The position numbers and the translations under genes were made by a program. Below, one piece after another: positions 1 to 9,645 of a DNA stretch of 64,000 nt (its first letter is position 1; each line of letters starts with the position of its first letter). Origin of the DNA: Psammoneis japonica (taxonomy: Eukaryota); the NCBI GenBank assembly GCA_008632985.1, contig QPGO01000126.1, positions 124,001 through 188,000 on the forward strand, given 5' to 3'. Under the pieces are notes generated by a model. That model was not told the origin of the DNA. It made no database searches and saw nothing but the letters and a program-made list of their open reading frames with translations.

Positions 1-1
1 T

Positions 2-1246
2 GCTGCTCCCATTGCATCGGCCGAAGTGGTTGGGAGTGCTGCCCCCATTACATCGGCCGAAGTAATTGTACCACAACGTGGTGACGAAGAGACGGGAACG
101 TCTCACTTGACGGGTGACACAACGCCACCGAAAAAGCCATTCTGGAAGTCCAAGTGGCTGTGGGTTGCCGCGACTGTGTTGCTACTTGGCGCCGTTGGAG
201 GCCTTGTCGGTGCAATGTTTGGTTCGCAAGGTGATAGCACTAGCCAAACCAGCAATGTTGGCGGTGGTGCAGGAGCCAGCGGTATCACCAATGCACCCTC
301 TGTTGCACCTCCACCAACAACTCCGGCTCCCTTTGTCACGTTCGGTCCGGCTCCCACGCTTCCAAGCGGTAGTCCGGCTCCCACGCTTCCAATCGGCAGT
401 CCGGCTCCCACCCTCCCAATCGGCAGTCCCGCTCCCACCCTTTCAGTCGGCCAGACAACTGCAACCCCAACAATTGCGCCAGTCGACGACACGCCAGCTC
501 CAACCCCGATTCCCGCAACGGATCCTCCCGTGGAAGGTCCTACGCCACCACCGACACCGCGTCCTTCGCCGAAACCAACGGGAAATCCAACTCGACGACC
601 TACCGACAACCCAACTCCTCGGCCTACAGAGCAGAGAAGGACTCCCTGTACCGACGAATACGGCAGTGATATCTTGGTTTGCAGCGAAACTCCAACCGAA
701 TGTTTGTTTTATGTCAAGTTGGGTGGAAGAAGCTGCAGGGACTACTGCTCTTCTCAGGGAGGCTCGTGCTTGTTTGGTATAGCAAATGATAGGGACGACC
801 TGTGCAAGAACATTGGTGCGAACTCATGCGACGAAGGTTTCAATGATAATCTATGCATTTGCACCTTGGGAGATGCCGGCGAACCCCCGACTCGAAACCC
901 TACTCGCAGACCTACTTCAAATCCCACCCGTCGTCCCGTGGACAACGAGACTCCTAGACCAACACCCCGGCCATCTCCACGTCCTACTGACAAGCAAGAG
1001 GAGGAAGAGAAAGATTGCAAGGACAAGTATGGCAGCGGGATCAAGGTTTGCAACGAAAGGTCGTCGGAATGCACTTTTTTTGTTGTACTGAACGATAAGA
1101 GCTGTGACGACTACTGCGAAGATCGCGGAGGCAGGTGCCGATCTGCGGAGGGGAACAAGGACGAGGGTGACGGCCGATGCGTTGGTGAAAATTCGCACAG
1201 TTGCAGTGCTGGTCGAAGGGACACAATCTGCACTTGCACATTGTAG
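2..1246 (+). CDS. Single-pass membrane protein with Pro/Thr stalk and two ~70-aa 10-Cys modules (5' end outside window)
   Basis: Frame open from base 2. KPFWKSKW followed by a hydrophobic helix, PTP repeats and two C-x-D-x-YG..VC..C.FYV.L..SC.DYC..GG.C..C..SC..C.C modules. Clear paralog of the next gene. Confidence 0.85.
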   Translation, partial: AAPIASAEVVGSAAPITSAEVIVPQRGDEETGTSHLTGDTTPPKKPFWKSKWLWVAATVLLLGAVGGLVGAMFGSQGDSTSQTSNVGGGAGASGITNAPSVAPPPTTPAPFVTFGPAPTLPSGSPAPTLPIGSPAPTLPIGSPAPTLSVGQTTATPTIAPVDDTPAPTPIPATDPPVEGPTPPPTPRPSPKPTGNPTRRPTDNPTPRPTEQRRTPCTDEYGSDILVCSETPTECLFYVKLGGRSCRDYCSSQGGSCLFGIANDRDDLCKNIGANSCDEGFNDNLCICTLGDAGEPPTRNPTRRPTSNPTRRPVDNETPRPTPRPSPRPTDKQEEEEKDCKDKYGSGIKVCNERSSECTFFVVLNDKSCDDYCEDRGGRCRSAEGNKDEGDGRCVGENSHSCSAGRRDTICTCTL

Positions 1247-1925
1247 TATTTTACTGCTACGCCGGGGGTTCGCTCTAGATAGAGACAAAATTTAGAATTT
1301 TTTTTTTTATGTTTTGTGGTAAACGTATTGTGGTCCTACTTTTGGCTTTTGGCATTGAAGGTTGAAATTGTCTTTGGCCAATGGCCATGCTTGCGGTTGG
1401 AGGACTTGAAAATAGATCGCAACGAAACAATGCTCAAAATGCTAGAGGCAATGTCTTTCTCCATGGTCTCGTGGGTCCTTTTTCAGTAGGGCCCTATGTT
1501 GTCTGGAAGGGTGTCTAGGAGCTTCGTTCAAAAACGGATCCAGGTACCTCTCTTTCTCAGGGGCGGGACGCACCGATGAGCGATAGCGAGGGGGGTTGAA
1601 AAAGCACGAATTTGTGCGAAGAATTTTGAAAATTTGAGTGGGATGGCTGGCGCGTATCGTTAAGTTCTACTTCAAGTTGCGTATCGTACGACTAGCATAG
1701 AGTACGTAGATTTCTACGGAACACCCGACAAATTCGTGAGCGGTTTGCGGCTGCGGTTCGCGGGCTTTTCTTGCCGCGTTCCGTGACTTCCGTGATTGCC
1801 CATTACATATCCATTATTCTCAATTCACGACAGTGAATAGGATAGCCTCTCTAAGAGCTAGGTTCTATCATTATCTCGGTCCAAGCAGTACCCCCTTGTC
1901 GTCAGAAACAAGCCTGAATGTTACA

Positions 1926-4262
1926 ATGTCGGCATCATCGCCAAGCCCTCAGCATAGTGACAAACAAGCCATTGATGGTTCGAAGGATATACACTTTGAC
2001 CCCGATTTCCCAGAAGAAATAAAACACGAACATGCTATTGATAATTCGAATGATGTATATTTTGATCCGGGTGCCAAAGATTTACCTGAAGAAATAGAAG
2101 TACAGGCTCCCCAGAATACCGATACAAATAAGAATACCCTTAAAGTCACGGAACGCAAATATGACAAAGCAAGCGGGGCTGAGAAATTTGGAGCTGACAG
2201 TGCTCCAAAGAAGCCATTACGTCCTCAACGACGGGCTTGCAGAGAAGAAGACCCAGAGGAAAGTCCAATACAGCCTCGATTACCAACGATGACAGCATCA
2301 TCAGTCAGGCATGAAAGTGACAACGATAGAAACAGGGGGACTGGCGGAGCTGTGAATAGTTCTGCAACAGCATCTACTAGTACTTCTAGGCAAGACGTGC
2401 AGGTGGGCGCCTTTGCAGTACTTGGTGTAAACGCGGGTGAAGCAGCTGGCGATGAACCTTCTTTGGGTTATCGCCGGCAATCTTCTGGTCTTCCCTCAAT
2501 GACTCCAACATCTGCGGAGAGGAGTGGTCATCACGAAGCAGAGGTAGTTGTTGCCAATGCAGTCACAGCAGACGATCTCGTGGATGATATTCGAGAAGAG
2601 CTGAGATCCGAATTTCGAGACGAAATACGAAACATTACAGGTGCACATGCAGCTCAAGCTAGTCAGATTGCAGAAGCTGAAATTGTCATACCACCAGGTG
2701 GTGGCCCTGATGAAGAGGCTGGAATGTCTGCGTTGACGTTTGGCACGACTGCTACAAGGAAACCCTTCTGGAAGTCAAAGTGGCCATGGATTGTGGCAAC
2801 AATGGTATTGATTGCAGCTGTGGGAGGCACTGTAGGTGCAATGTTGAGCACGCAGGGCGGCTCTTCCGAAAACGCAGCCTTGGGTGCCGAAAACACGGGA
2901 CCAACGAATCCCCCCACCTCTCCACTGTTTCCAACCATCTCGCCCGGGGAAGAAACGCCGCCGCCCACGGTTTCGCCTGTCCAGTTCCCTGTGCCTACTC
3001 CAATTCCCGGGACAGGTCCTCCTGTCCTTTTTACCCCGCCTCCGACACCATTCCCCATTTCCAATCCTAGTCCAGGCCCAACTCCAATCTTTACGGGTCC
3101 TCCAGTCCTCATCACCCCGCCTCCGACACCATTGCCCACTCCCAATCCTAGTCCAATCCCAACTCCAATTGTCACGGGTCCTCCCGTCCTTATCACCCCG
3201 CCTCCGACACCATTGCCCACTCCTGACCCTACTCCGCCGCCAACAACACGAAATCCTACGCAGAATCCCACTCGTCGACCTACGCCTCCACCAACACAAA
3301 TTCAGCCGACGCCATGTACCGACCAGTATGGCGATGACATTTTGGTTTGTCGTGAAGGCTCCAACGATTGTACCTTTTACGTCGTGCTGAGCGGATCAAG
3401 CTGTGACGACTATTGCTCGCCCAGGGACGGTTCTTGCTTGTCGGGGGAACGAAACAACGACGAAGACTTGTGCTTGGGAGAAGGCTCCAATTCTTGTTTT
3501 GATGATTTCAATGACAATATTTGTACCTGCACCTTGGGTGAAACGCCACCTCCTACTCCGCCACCTACTCCTCCCGTAACCCCGCCACCAACACAAAATC
3601 CTCCTACCGAAAATCCCACTCGTCGACCAACACCTCAACCAACGCGAAGCCCGCCTACGCCCTGCACCGACCAGTATGGCAACGACATTTTGGTTTGTCG
3701 TGAAGGCTCCAACGATTGTACCTTTTACGTCTCGCTCGGTGGATCAAGTTGTGCGGACTATTGTTCGCCCAGAGGTGGTTCTTGCTTGTCGGCCGAAAGG
3801 AACAACGACGAAGACTTGTGCTTGGGAGAAGGCTCCAATTCTTGTTCAGATGATTTCAATGATAACATATGCACGTGCACCTTGGGTGAAACGCCACCTC
3901 CTACTCCACTACAGACTCCGCCACCCACTCCGCCGCAGACACCACCACCCACTCCGCCGCAGACTCCGCCACCGACTCCTCCTCCAGTCACCCCACCGCC
4001 TACGCCCAACAACAATAACAATGATGATTGCCAAGATCGCTATGGCAGTGACATTACCGTGTGTAGTGAGACATCGTCCGAATGCACCTTTTTTGTGGTA
4101 CTCAATGACGCGAGCTGTGACGACTATTGCAGTGGCGAAGGCGGTGCTTGCATTTCAGCCATTGGAAATGAAGGTAGTACTGGTGATGGCCGTTGTACCG
4201 GAACGAATTCACATAGCTGCAGTGCTGGTCGAGAAGACACTATATGCACCTGCACTTTATAG
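1926..4262 (+). CDS. Paralogous membrane protein with long N-terminal region, TM helix, Pro-rich stalk and three 10-Cys modules
   Basis: First ATG of the 809-aa ORF is at 1926. Same KPFWKSKW+TM motif and same C-terminus (HSCSAGR.DTICTCTL) as gene 1. Modules 1 and 2 (~3310-3560, ~3655-3905) are near-identical at DNA level. Confidence 0.85.
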   Translation: MSASSPSPQHSDKQAIDGSKDIHFDPDFPEEIKHEHAIDNSNDVYFDPGAKDLPEEIEVQAPQNTDTNKNTLKVTERKYDKASGAEKFGADSAPKKPLRPQRRACREEDPEESPIQPRLPTMTASSVRHESDNDRNRGTGGAVNSSATASTSTSRQDVQVGAFAVLGVNAGEAAGDEPSLGYRRQSSGLPSMTPTSAERSGHHEAEVVVANAVTADDLVDDIREELRSEFRDEIRNITGAHAAQASQIAEAEIVIPPGGGPDEEAGMSALTFGTTATRKPFWKSKWPWIVATMVLIAAVGGTVGAMLSTQGGSSENAALGAENTGPTNPPTSPLFPTISPGEETPPPTVSPVQFPVPTPIPGTGPPVLFTPPPTPFPISNPSPGPTPIFTGPPVLITPPPTPLPTPNPSPIPTPIVTGPPVLITPPPTPLPTPDPTPPPTTRNPTQNPTRRPTPPPTQIQPTPCTDQYGDDILVCREGSNDCTFYVVLSGSSCDDYCSPRDGSCLSGERNNDEDLCLGEGSNSCFDDFNDNICTCTLGETPPPTPPPTPPVTPPPTQNPPTENPTRRPTPQPTRSPPTPCTDQYGNDILVCREGSNDCTFYVSLGGSSCADYCSPRGGSCLSAERNNDEDLCLGEGSNSCSDDFNDNICTCTLGETPPPTPLQTPPPTPPQTPPPTPPQTPPPTPPPVTPPPTPNNNNNDDCQDRYGSDITVCSETSSECTFFVVLNDASCDDYCSGEGGACISAIGNEGSTGDGRCTGTNSHSCSAGREDTICTCTL

Positions 4263-4361
4263 AGTATAATGCATGAACAACGATTCATAAGTTTCTAGAG
4301 AGTTTTAAATAGAGATCAGAATAGAGTTTTGCCTTCGACCAGAATGAACGAGTTGATTCTG

Positions 4362-4442
4362 CAAAGACTGTTCAGCCACCTGATCCTACGTTTCATATCG
4401 CAAGAATGCGTTCATCGCGGTTTTCAGGCAGCGTCATTCGCT
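4362..4442 (-). promoter_or_regulatory. Candidate SECIS element in the 3' UTR of the PDI-like selenoprotein
   Basis: Minus strand reads ATGAC-GCTGCCTGA-AAA...TCAGGTGGC-TGAA: UGAN/NGAN core, 9-bp upper stem with 2 G-U pairs, unpaired As. Apical part (~40 nt) is longer than usual. Confidence 0.65.
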
Positions 4443-4533
4443 TCACGTGCACGTCGCAGATGCATTTTCGAAGTCAACCCATACAAATCTCGTCTCCAGC
4501 ATATCCCCCATTCCCATCTACTAAATAATCACT

Positions 4534-5216
4534 CTAGAGTTCTTTTTCCTCTCCCGCTAAGCCTTGAAGAATCCTAACTCGTTGCGTCAACCACGCCTTA
4601 AGTTCAGCCTTCATGGCATCGCCTTTCATTCCCTCCAGACGGGCCAACTGCTTGGCTCTATCCTCCGCCGACTTGGCCTTCATCTTTTCAATATAAGCCT
4701 TTTCCTTATCGGTACAATCCACAGGATCATTCACATCACACTTGGCTTCCAAGTTGTCCGCCACATGCTTATGAAGTGCGTCAAAGTCCCGTCCACCCTT
4801 GTAATCCTTACCCTCCGTATCTCCGTCGACAAAGTACTTGATGGTGGGGTATCCACGCACCTCGTACTTTTCGCAGAGCTCCTTCGCCTCGTCCTTGGTA
4901 CAGTCCACGTCCGCAATGAGAACCGAGGACGAGCCTGCGTACTCGTCACCCAGTTTGTCCCAATCCGGTTTCATGGACTTACAGTGTCCTCACTGCAAGC
5001 AGAGACAAGCAATCAAGTCAGCATGGGAACGTAAAAGTATCAGAACGGCATACGGTATCTTTTTTTTTAACTTACCCAAGGAGCGAGGAACTTCACAAAG
5101 GAATTCTTTCCTTCCATCTTTTCCTTGTAGTTACTCAAGTTCATCTCCACCGCACCACCAGCATGGGATGGGACGGCGAGTGCCGCAAGCACGGCACCAA
5201 ACAGCAACTTCGTCAT
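4534..5216 (-). CDS. Thioredoxin-fold / PDI-like selenoprotein (WUGHC active site); exons 5216-5076 and 4992-4534
   Basis: Exon 1 gives signal peptide MTKLLFGAVLAALAVPSHA...FVKFLAPW. Intron 5075-4993 is GTAAG...TTGCAG. Exon 2 starts TGA GGA CAC TGT AAG (U-G-H-C-K) in frame with KPDWDKL..VDCT..VRGYPTIKYF. Ends EEKEL (ER-retention-like). Confidence 0.9.
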
Positions 5217-5407
5217 GGTTGCGCTCTACACAAAAATTTATGTGCCAGAAGAAGCCTACAGAAAATGACCTTACCGCTGTTTCGTGATTGAAACTCGGGA
5301 CTAAAAAATCGAACCTGCCATTGCGCAATTTGCGCGAACATAACAAGTCTACGTTCATGGTTATTCTATTTTCAGCCTTTAGATACTTAGATGAGCCACC
5401 TGTCGTT

Positions 5408-5525
5408 AGGAACGACCATACAACGATGACAGCACCGCTTCCCGTCTGCTCAGCGAAGTTAAGCATCGTCTGGCCCGGTTAGTACTACGGTGGGGGACCA
5501 CGTTGGAATCCCGGGTGTTGTTCTT
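5408..5525 (+). rRNA. 5S rRNA (solitary copy)
   Basis: AGGAACGACCATAC...CCCGTCTGCTCAGCGAAGTTAAGC...GGTTAGTACTACGGTGGGGGACCACG..GGAA..GGGTGTTGTTCTT, with complementary termini and a following T tract. Confidence 0.95.
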
Positions 5526-6003
5526 TTGTTTGTGTGGACAATGGAATTGATTGTCGTTGTTTTTTGTTGTGTCCTTTGTTGCTCCTCTTTGTGTTTCACG
5601 CGCAAATTGGAGCATGGTAGCTTTTGAGTTTGTGATGTGGTGGAGGGGTTCGAATCCACATGATGCAGCTCTCTTTTACCAGCCTTTCTCGAGCTAGAGT
5701 AGTAGTCGGTAGAGTCTCTATTAGGACACAAACTGTTTGGAGTTTCATGTCAAAATCTTTTCATACAGTCAAAGATCAATCCACTGGCTACATAGCTACA
5801 TAAGCTAGCTAGTAGAGATTAGACTACCTAGTAGAGTAAAGCTGCGAAAGGCTAGACGACTCAAAACGGAATAATAGTTCTCTAAAGTTTTATTCATGCC
5901 ATCACTGTGTAGCCGTATTCTCTTTAGCCCCGTTCTTTTGTAGAACGAGATATGGAAACAACGCAAACAATAATGTGAATGATCATCGGATCAAAACGAT
6001 GCT

Positions 6004-7683
6004 CTACATGAATCGATCAGGTGAAAGGACGTGCCGGCCAATCCTCGTTCCGTCTGGTAATTCAAAGGAACCATCACCATGCTTGTTTTCTTCATGCACA
6101 AGTATACTATCACAGACATCTTGTGCCACGCACTCGGCTGTAGCAAGGCAAGTACTCCAACCCAAAGTTCCGTGTCCCGTGTGCAAAAAGAGACCAGGGA
6201 CAGCCTTGACCGCGCCCACCAATGGAATGTCATCAGGGCTAATGGGTCGAAAGCATTGAAGGGCTTGGCTCTCGCTAATTTCAGCATTGGGTACGATTGT
6301 ATTCATGTACCGTGCCAAGATTCTTGGCGCCACGGAAGGAACGTCAACAGCCTTGTCTCGATAACCGACAAGTTCCCCAAATCCAGCGGCTCGCACCATG
6401 TTTGGGCCCACGGACGAAAAGTACATGTTGTCAAACGAGAATGGAGTATTGAGCATGTTTGTCAATTGGCGACGGGTGTTTTTGTCATCTTGTTCTCGCC
6501 GCAAAGTGAGGGAATAGCCTCGTAGTGGGTAGGTAGGACAGCACCGACCTACACCAATGCTTTGGGCAAATAGCGGGGTTTCTGCACCGGCCGCAAGGAT
6601 CAAGTAGTCATAACTTCTGACAATGCCTTTTGCTGTGGTAATATCAAAAGCAGGGGTTTTCGATTCAGATCGTTGCACCTTGACGACGCCGTCTAGGTTG
6701 TACTGGACACCCAAGCTATCGCACCTATTGATGAGATCTCGAACATAGACAGCACAGCTCGCTGAATGATCGTTCAGTCGATGAACGCCATAGAGTGGAA
6801 AGCGATCAGTACCAGCAACGGCTTGTCCCAGGTGAGCAATGCTTGGATCTAATGCTTCAGACTTAACGCGTTCCAGCAATACTGCTTTCTCCCCCGCGTC
6901 GTTAGCTTCACTGACGGCACGTTGGGCAGATGCCAAAGTTCGATGGAGCGACACAAACCCTTGGTTCAATCCCATTTGTTTCTTCAACTTGTTGTTTGCA
7001 CCAAGATCATTAAGTAGTGCGAATCGGTTGGCGCGTGACAACTGAACCATGTATTCTCCTCTGCGATTCGCCTCTTGAGTTCCGGTCAAGAGAGAAACCT
7101 TGAGAAAGTGATAAAAGAAGGTAGCAAAGCTTTTGCGTTCATCCCACGTGGCGGATGGTCCCATACATCGGATCGGATGAAACGCAAAATATGGTGGAGG
7201 AGATTCGAATCGGTCCAAGTCGGTCTTTTCGGCTTGTCCAAGGACCGTTCTACCAAATTTTTCCCGTTGAACCATAAAGGTTTCCTTCACGGTATCCCAT
7301 GCAATATCCCATAAGGTTTTTCTTTGAGACATGACATGCATGGCCGCTCCTGGAACTAGACTGTTGGCGTTCTTTGCGGTAGCGGCTATCCACTGATCTG
7401 ACATGGGCTCGTCCCCTTCAAACACATCAATCAAAGCTCGATCCTCGAGCCGTCTTGCGAGAGAGTGGGCCGCCGTCAGCCCCGCAATGCCTCCACCGAC
7501 AATAGCAATACGAGGAGTATGAAACAACAATTCGTGGTCTTGGCCTTTGTTCTCTTTTGTTGAAATCATGGACAAGGGTTTGGTGAGAATACCGACGTTT
7601 CCAAATCCTTTTTGATAAAACGTCGTAGCCGATGGCGGTGCAAGGCACGAAAAAGCAACAGGTAGTCTGTACCCAAGTAACAT
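6004..7683 (-). CDS. FAD-dependent oxidoreductase, D-amino acid dehydrogenase (DAO/DadA-like) family; start uncertain (7740, 7683 or ~7570)
   Basis: IAIVGGGIAG Rossmann motif, LILAAG, YPLRGYS, RPISPDDIPLVG, GHGTLGW. Confidence 0.85.
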   Translation of the reverse strand: MLLGYRLPVAFSCLAPPSATTFYQKGFGNVGILTKPLSMISTKENKGQDHELLFHTPRIAIVGGGIAGLTAAHSLARRLEDRALIDVFEGDEPMSDQWIAATAKNANSLVPGAAMHVMSQRKTLWDIAWDTVKETFMVQREKFGRTVLGQAEKTDLDRFESPPPYFAFHPIRCMGPSATWDERKSFATFFYHFLKVSLLTGTQEANRRGEYMVQLSRANRFALLNDLGANNKLKKQMGLNQGFVSLHRTLASAQRAVSEANDAGEKAVLLERVKSEALDPSIAHLGQAVAGTDRFPLYGVHRLNDHSASCAVYVRDLINRCDSLGVQYNLDGVVKVQRSESKTPAFDITTAKGIVRSYDYLILAAGAETPLFAQSIGVGRCCPTYPLRGYSLTLRREQDDKNTRRQLTNMLNTPFSFDNMYFSSVGPNMVRAAGFGELVGYRDKAVDVPSVAPRILARYMNTIVPNAEISESQALQCFRPISPDDIPLVGAVKAVPGLFLHTGHGTLGWSTCLATAECVAQDVCDSILVHEENKHGDGSFELPDGTRIGRHVLSPDRFM

Positions 7684-8077
7684 GATATTTCGTCCTCGTT
7701 CAAATGATAAGGGTGGTTGATGTAAGTGTACCAGCGTCATGAGGTGTCATGGAGAGATGGTTTTCGATTGCACTCTCGAGAGTGTCAGAAGTCGAAAGCT
7801 GCTTCGGGTTTGGGGTTCTCATCGGCTGATTGCCTGGGAACTGAGGTAAAAAAGATGTTGAGACACGCAAAGTTGACACGCAATTTGTAGATGTGGGACT
7901 GAAACAAGACTCAAATCGACAACCCCATCTCCCAGTTCGACTGGTCGTGCGACTTTCAATCCCGTCTTCTTCCTCTTGTTCTCCCACAAAATGAGAATTC
8001 AACGCATTGTAACAACTCAACTACTAATCGACTCCATTCTGTTCCGATCCAAGAAGACAATAAGGGCTTTCAGCATC

Positions 8078-9304
8078 ATGGCAAGCATCAAGAAACCAAC
8101 GACGACGGTGACTGTCGTTGGTGGAGGAAACAGCGCTCATGTTCTTATTCCACTGCTCGGAGCAAGTGGAAAGCACACTGTCAATCTCCTTACAAGACGG
8201 CCCCACGACTGGTCTTCCAAGGTTCAATCGGAGCTACAAGACATGGATGGAAATATTAAAGAAACTTTTGATGGGGTGATTGCTAAGAAATCCGACGATC
8301 CAGCAAAGGTTATCCCCGAAGCAGACGTGATTTGCCTCTGCATGCCTGTGCATACCTACCGCGAGGCATTATCGAAAATCGCTCCGTACATTGACCACAA
8401 CAAAGAAGTCTTCGTCGGCACCATCTATGGACAAGCGGGTTACAATTGGATGGTTCATGAAATGGAACGAGATTACCAGCTTACGAATACTGTTGCTTTT
8501 GCCATCGGTTTGATTCCTTGGATTTGCCGCACGGAAGTGTATGGTTCCAAAGGCATTAACTACGGCGGCAAGCAAGTGAATATTGCAGCAGTAACGCCTA
8601 GAGATCGATTTGATCGTCTTAATGAAATCTTTCTCGAAGACATTTGCCACGCCCCTCTTGGGGTTGGTCCCTTTGTCCAAGCATGCAGCTTTCTCTCTCT
8701 AACGCTCAGCGTGGACAACCAACTCATCCATCCTTCCCGTTGCTACGGACTGTGGAAGACCAGTAGTGGTGGTGTATGGAAAACAAAAGATGACGTCCCC
8801 TACTTTTACAAGGACTTTGATGATGAAAGCGCCAGGATTCTTCAAAGCGTTGATCGAGACTTGGATAACGTACGAGCCGCAATTCGAGAGCGCTGGCCAG
8901 AGCGACCCTTTGAGTACATGCTCTCCTATCTTGACCTGGAGCGTTTGACGCATAAAAGAAGCGTCGATACCGATATTAAAGGTTCATTCCAGGGGAGCAA
9001 GCAGCTTGGTCGTATCAAGACACCTGTAATGCCAGTCGATGACGGGTACATGCTGGATACGCGCTGTCGATTCTTTGGAGACGATATTGCGTACGGTCTT
9101 GTGGTCATTAAGTGGATTGCCGAGCAACTGAATGTGCAGGTTCCCGTCATTGACGAGATTATTGAGTGGGCGGAGATGGTTCGTGACGAAACTTTCCTGA
9201 CAAAGGAGCATTCCATCGATTTAGAAGCGTGTCTCGAATCTAGGTTCAAGACTGGAATTCCTCCGTCCTACGGCATTCCGAACATTGACGACATCTTGGA
9301 TTAG
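8078..9304 (+). CDS. NAD(P)-dependent opine (octopine/tauropine-type) dehydrogenase family protein
   Basis: VTVVGGGNSAH N-terminal Rossmann fold, IPWICR, NQLIHPSRCYG, FYKDFD, RFFGDDIAYGL, VPVIDEIIEW. Confidence 0.85.
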   Translation: MASIKKPTTTVTVVGGGNSAHVLIPLLGASGKHTVNLLTRRPHDWSSKVQSELQDMDGNIKETFDGVIAKKSDDPAKVIPEADVICLCMPVHTYREALSKIAPYIDHNKEVFVGTIYGQAGYNWMVHEMERDYQLTNTVAFAIGLIPWICRTEVYGSKGINYGGKQVNIAAVTPRDRFDRLNEIFLEDICHAPLGVGPFVQACSFLSLTLSVDNQLIHPSRCYGLWKTSSGGVWKTKDDVPYFYKDFDDESARILQSVDRDLDNVRAAIRERWPERPFEYMLSYLDLERLTHKRSVDTDIKGSFQGSKQLGRIKTPVMPVDDGYMLDTRCRFFGDDIAYGLVVIKWIAEQLNVQVPVIDEIIEWAEMVRDETFLTKEHSIDLEACLESRFKTGIPPSYGIPNIDDILD

Positions 9305-9645
9305 GAAGACGTGTATCGTTCCGCAGCTTCATTTATGATTTACGCTATGTACAAAAAGCTATTGGCATCGACAACTTCTGCATATTAGACGAGCTACACT
9401 ACCATAGACAGAAATGTATATGCAAGCTATTAAACGTCATACTTTAGGATACATATGTAAAAAACGAAGATCAATGCAATTTGTTGTAAATTTCCCAGTG
9501 TTTTTGCAGGAGGAGATGGAGGCTAGTTTCGGTCGAGAGGCGCTTACAGCATCTCAGAGTACGGGCTACCGCGATACGTAAACAACTCAATCCAACTCTG
9601 TCATGACAATGATCGATACTGTCGAACGAGGTATGCCATCAACTT

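Noticed and set aside
2990..4010. Short tandem repeats as a CRISPR-like array
   Set aside because: They are in-frame Pro/Thr coding repeats with no spacers.
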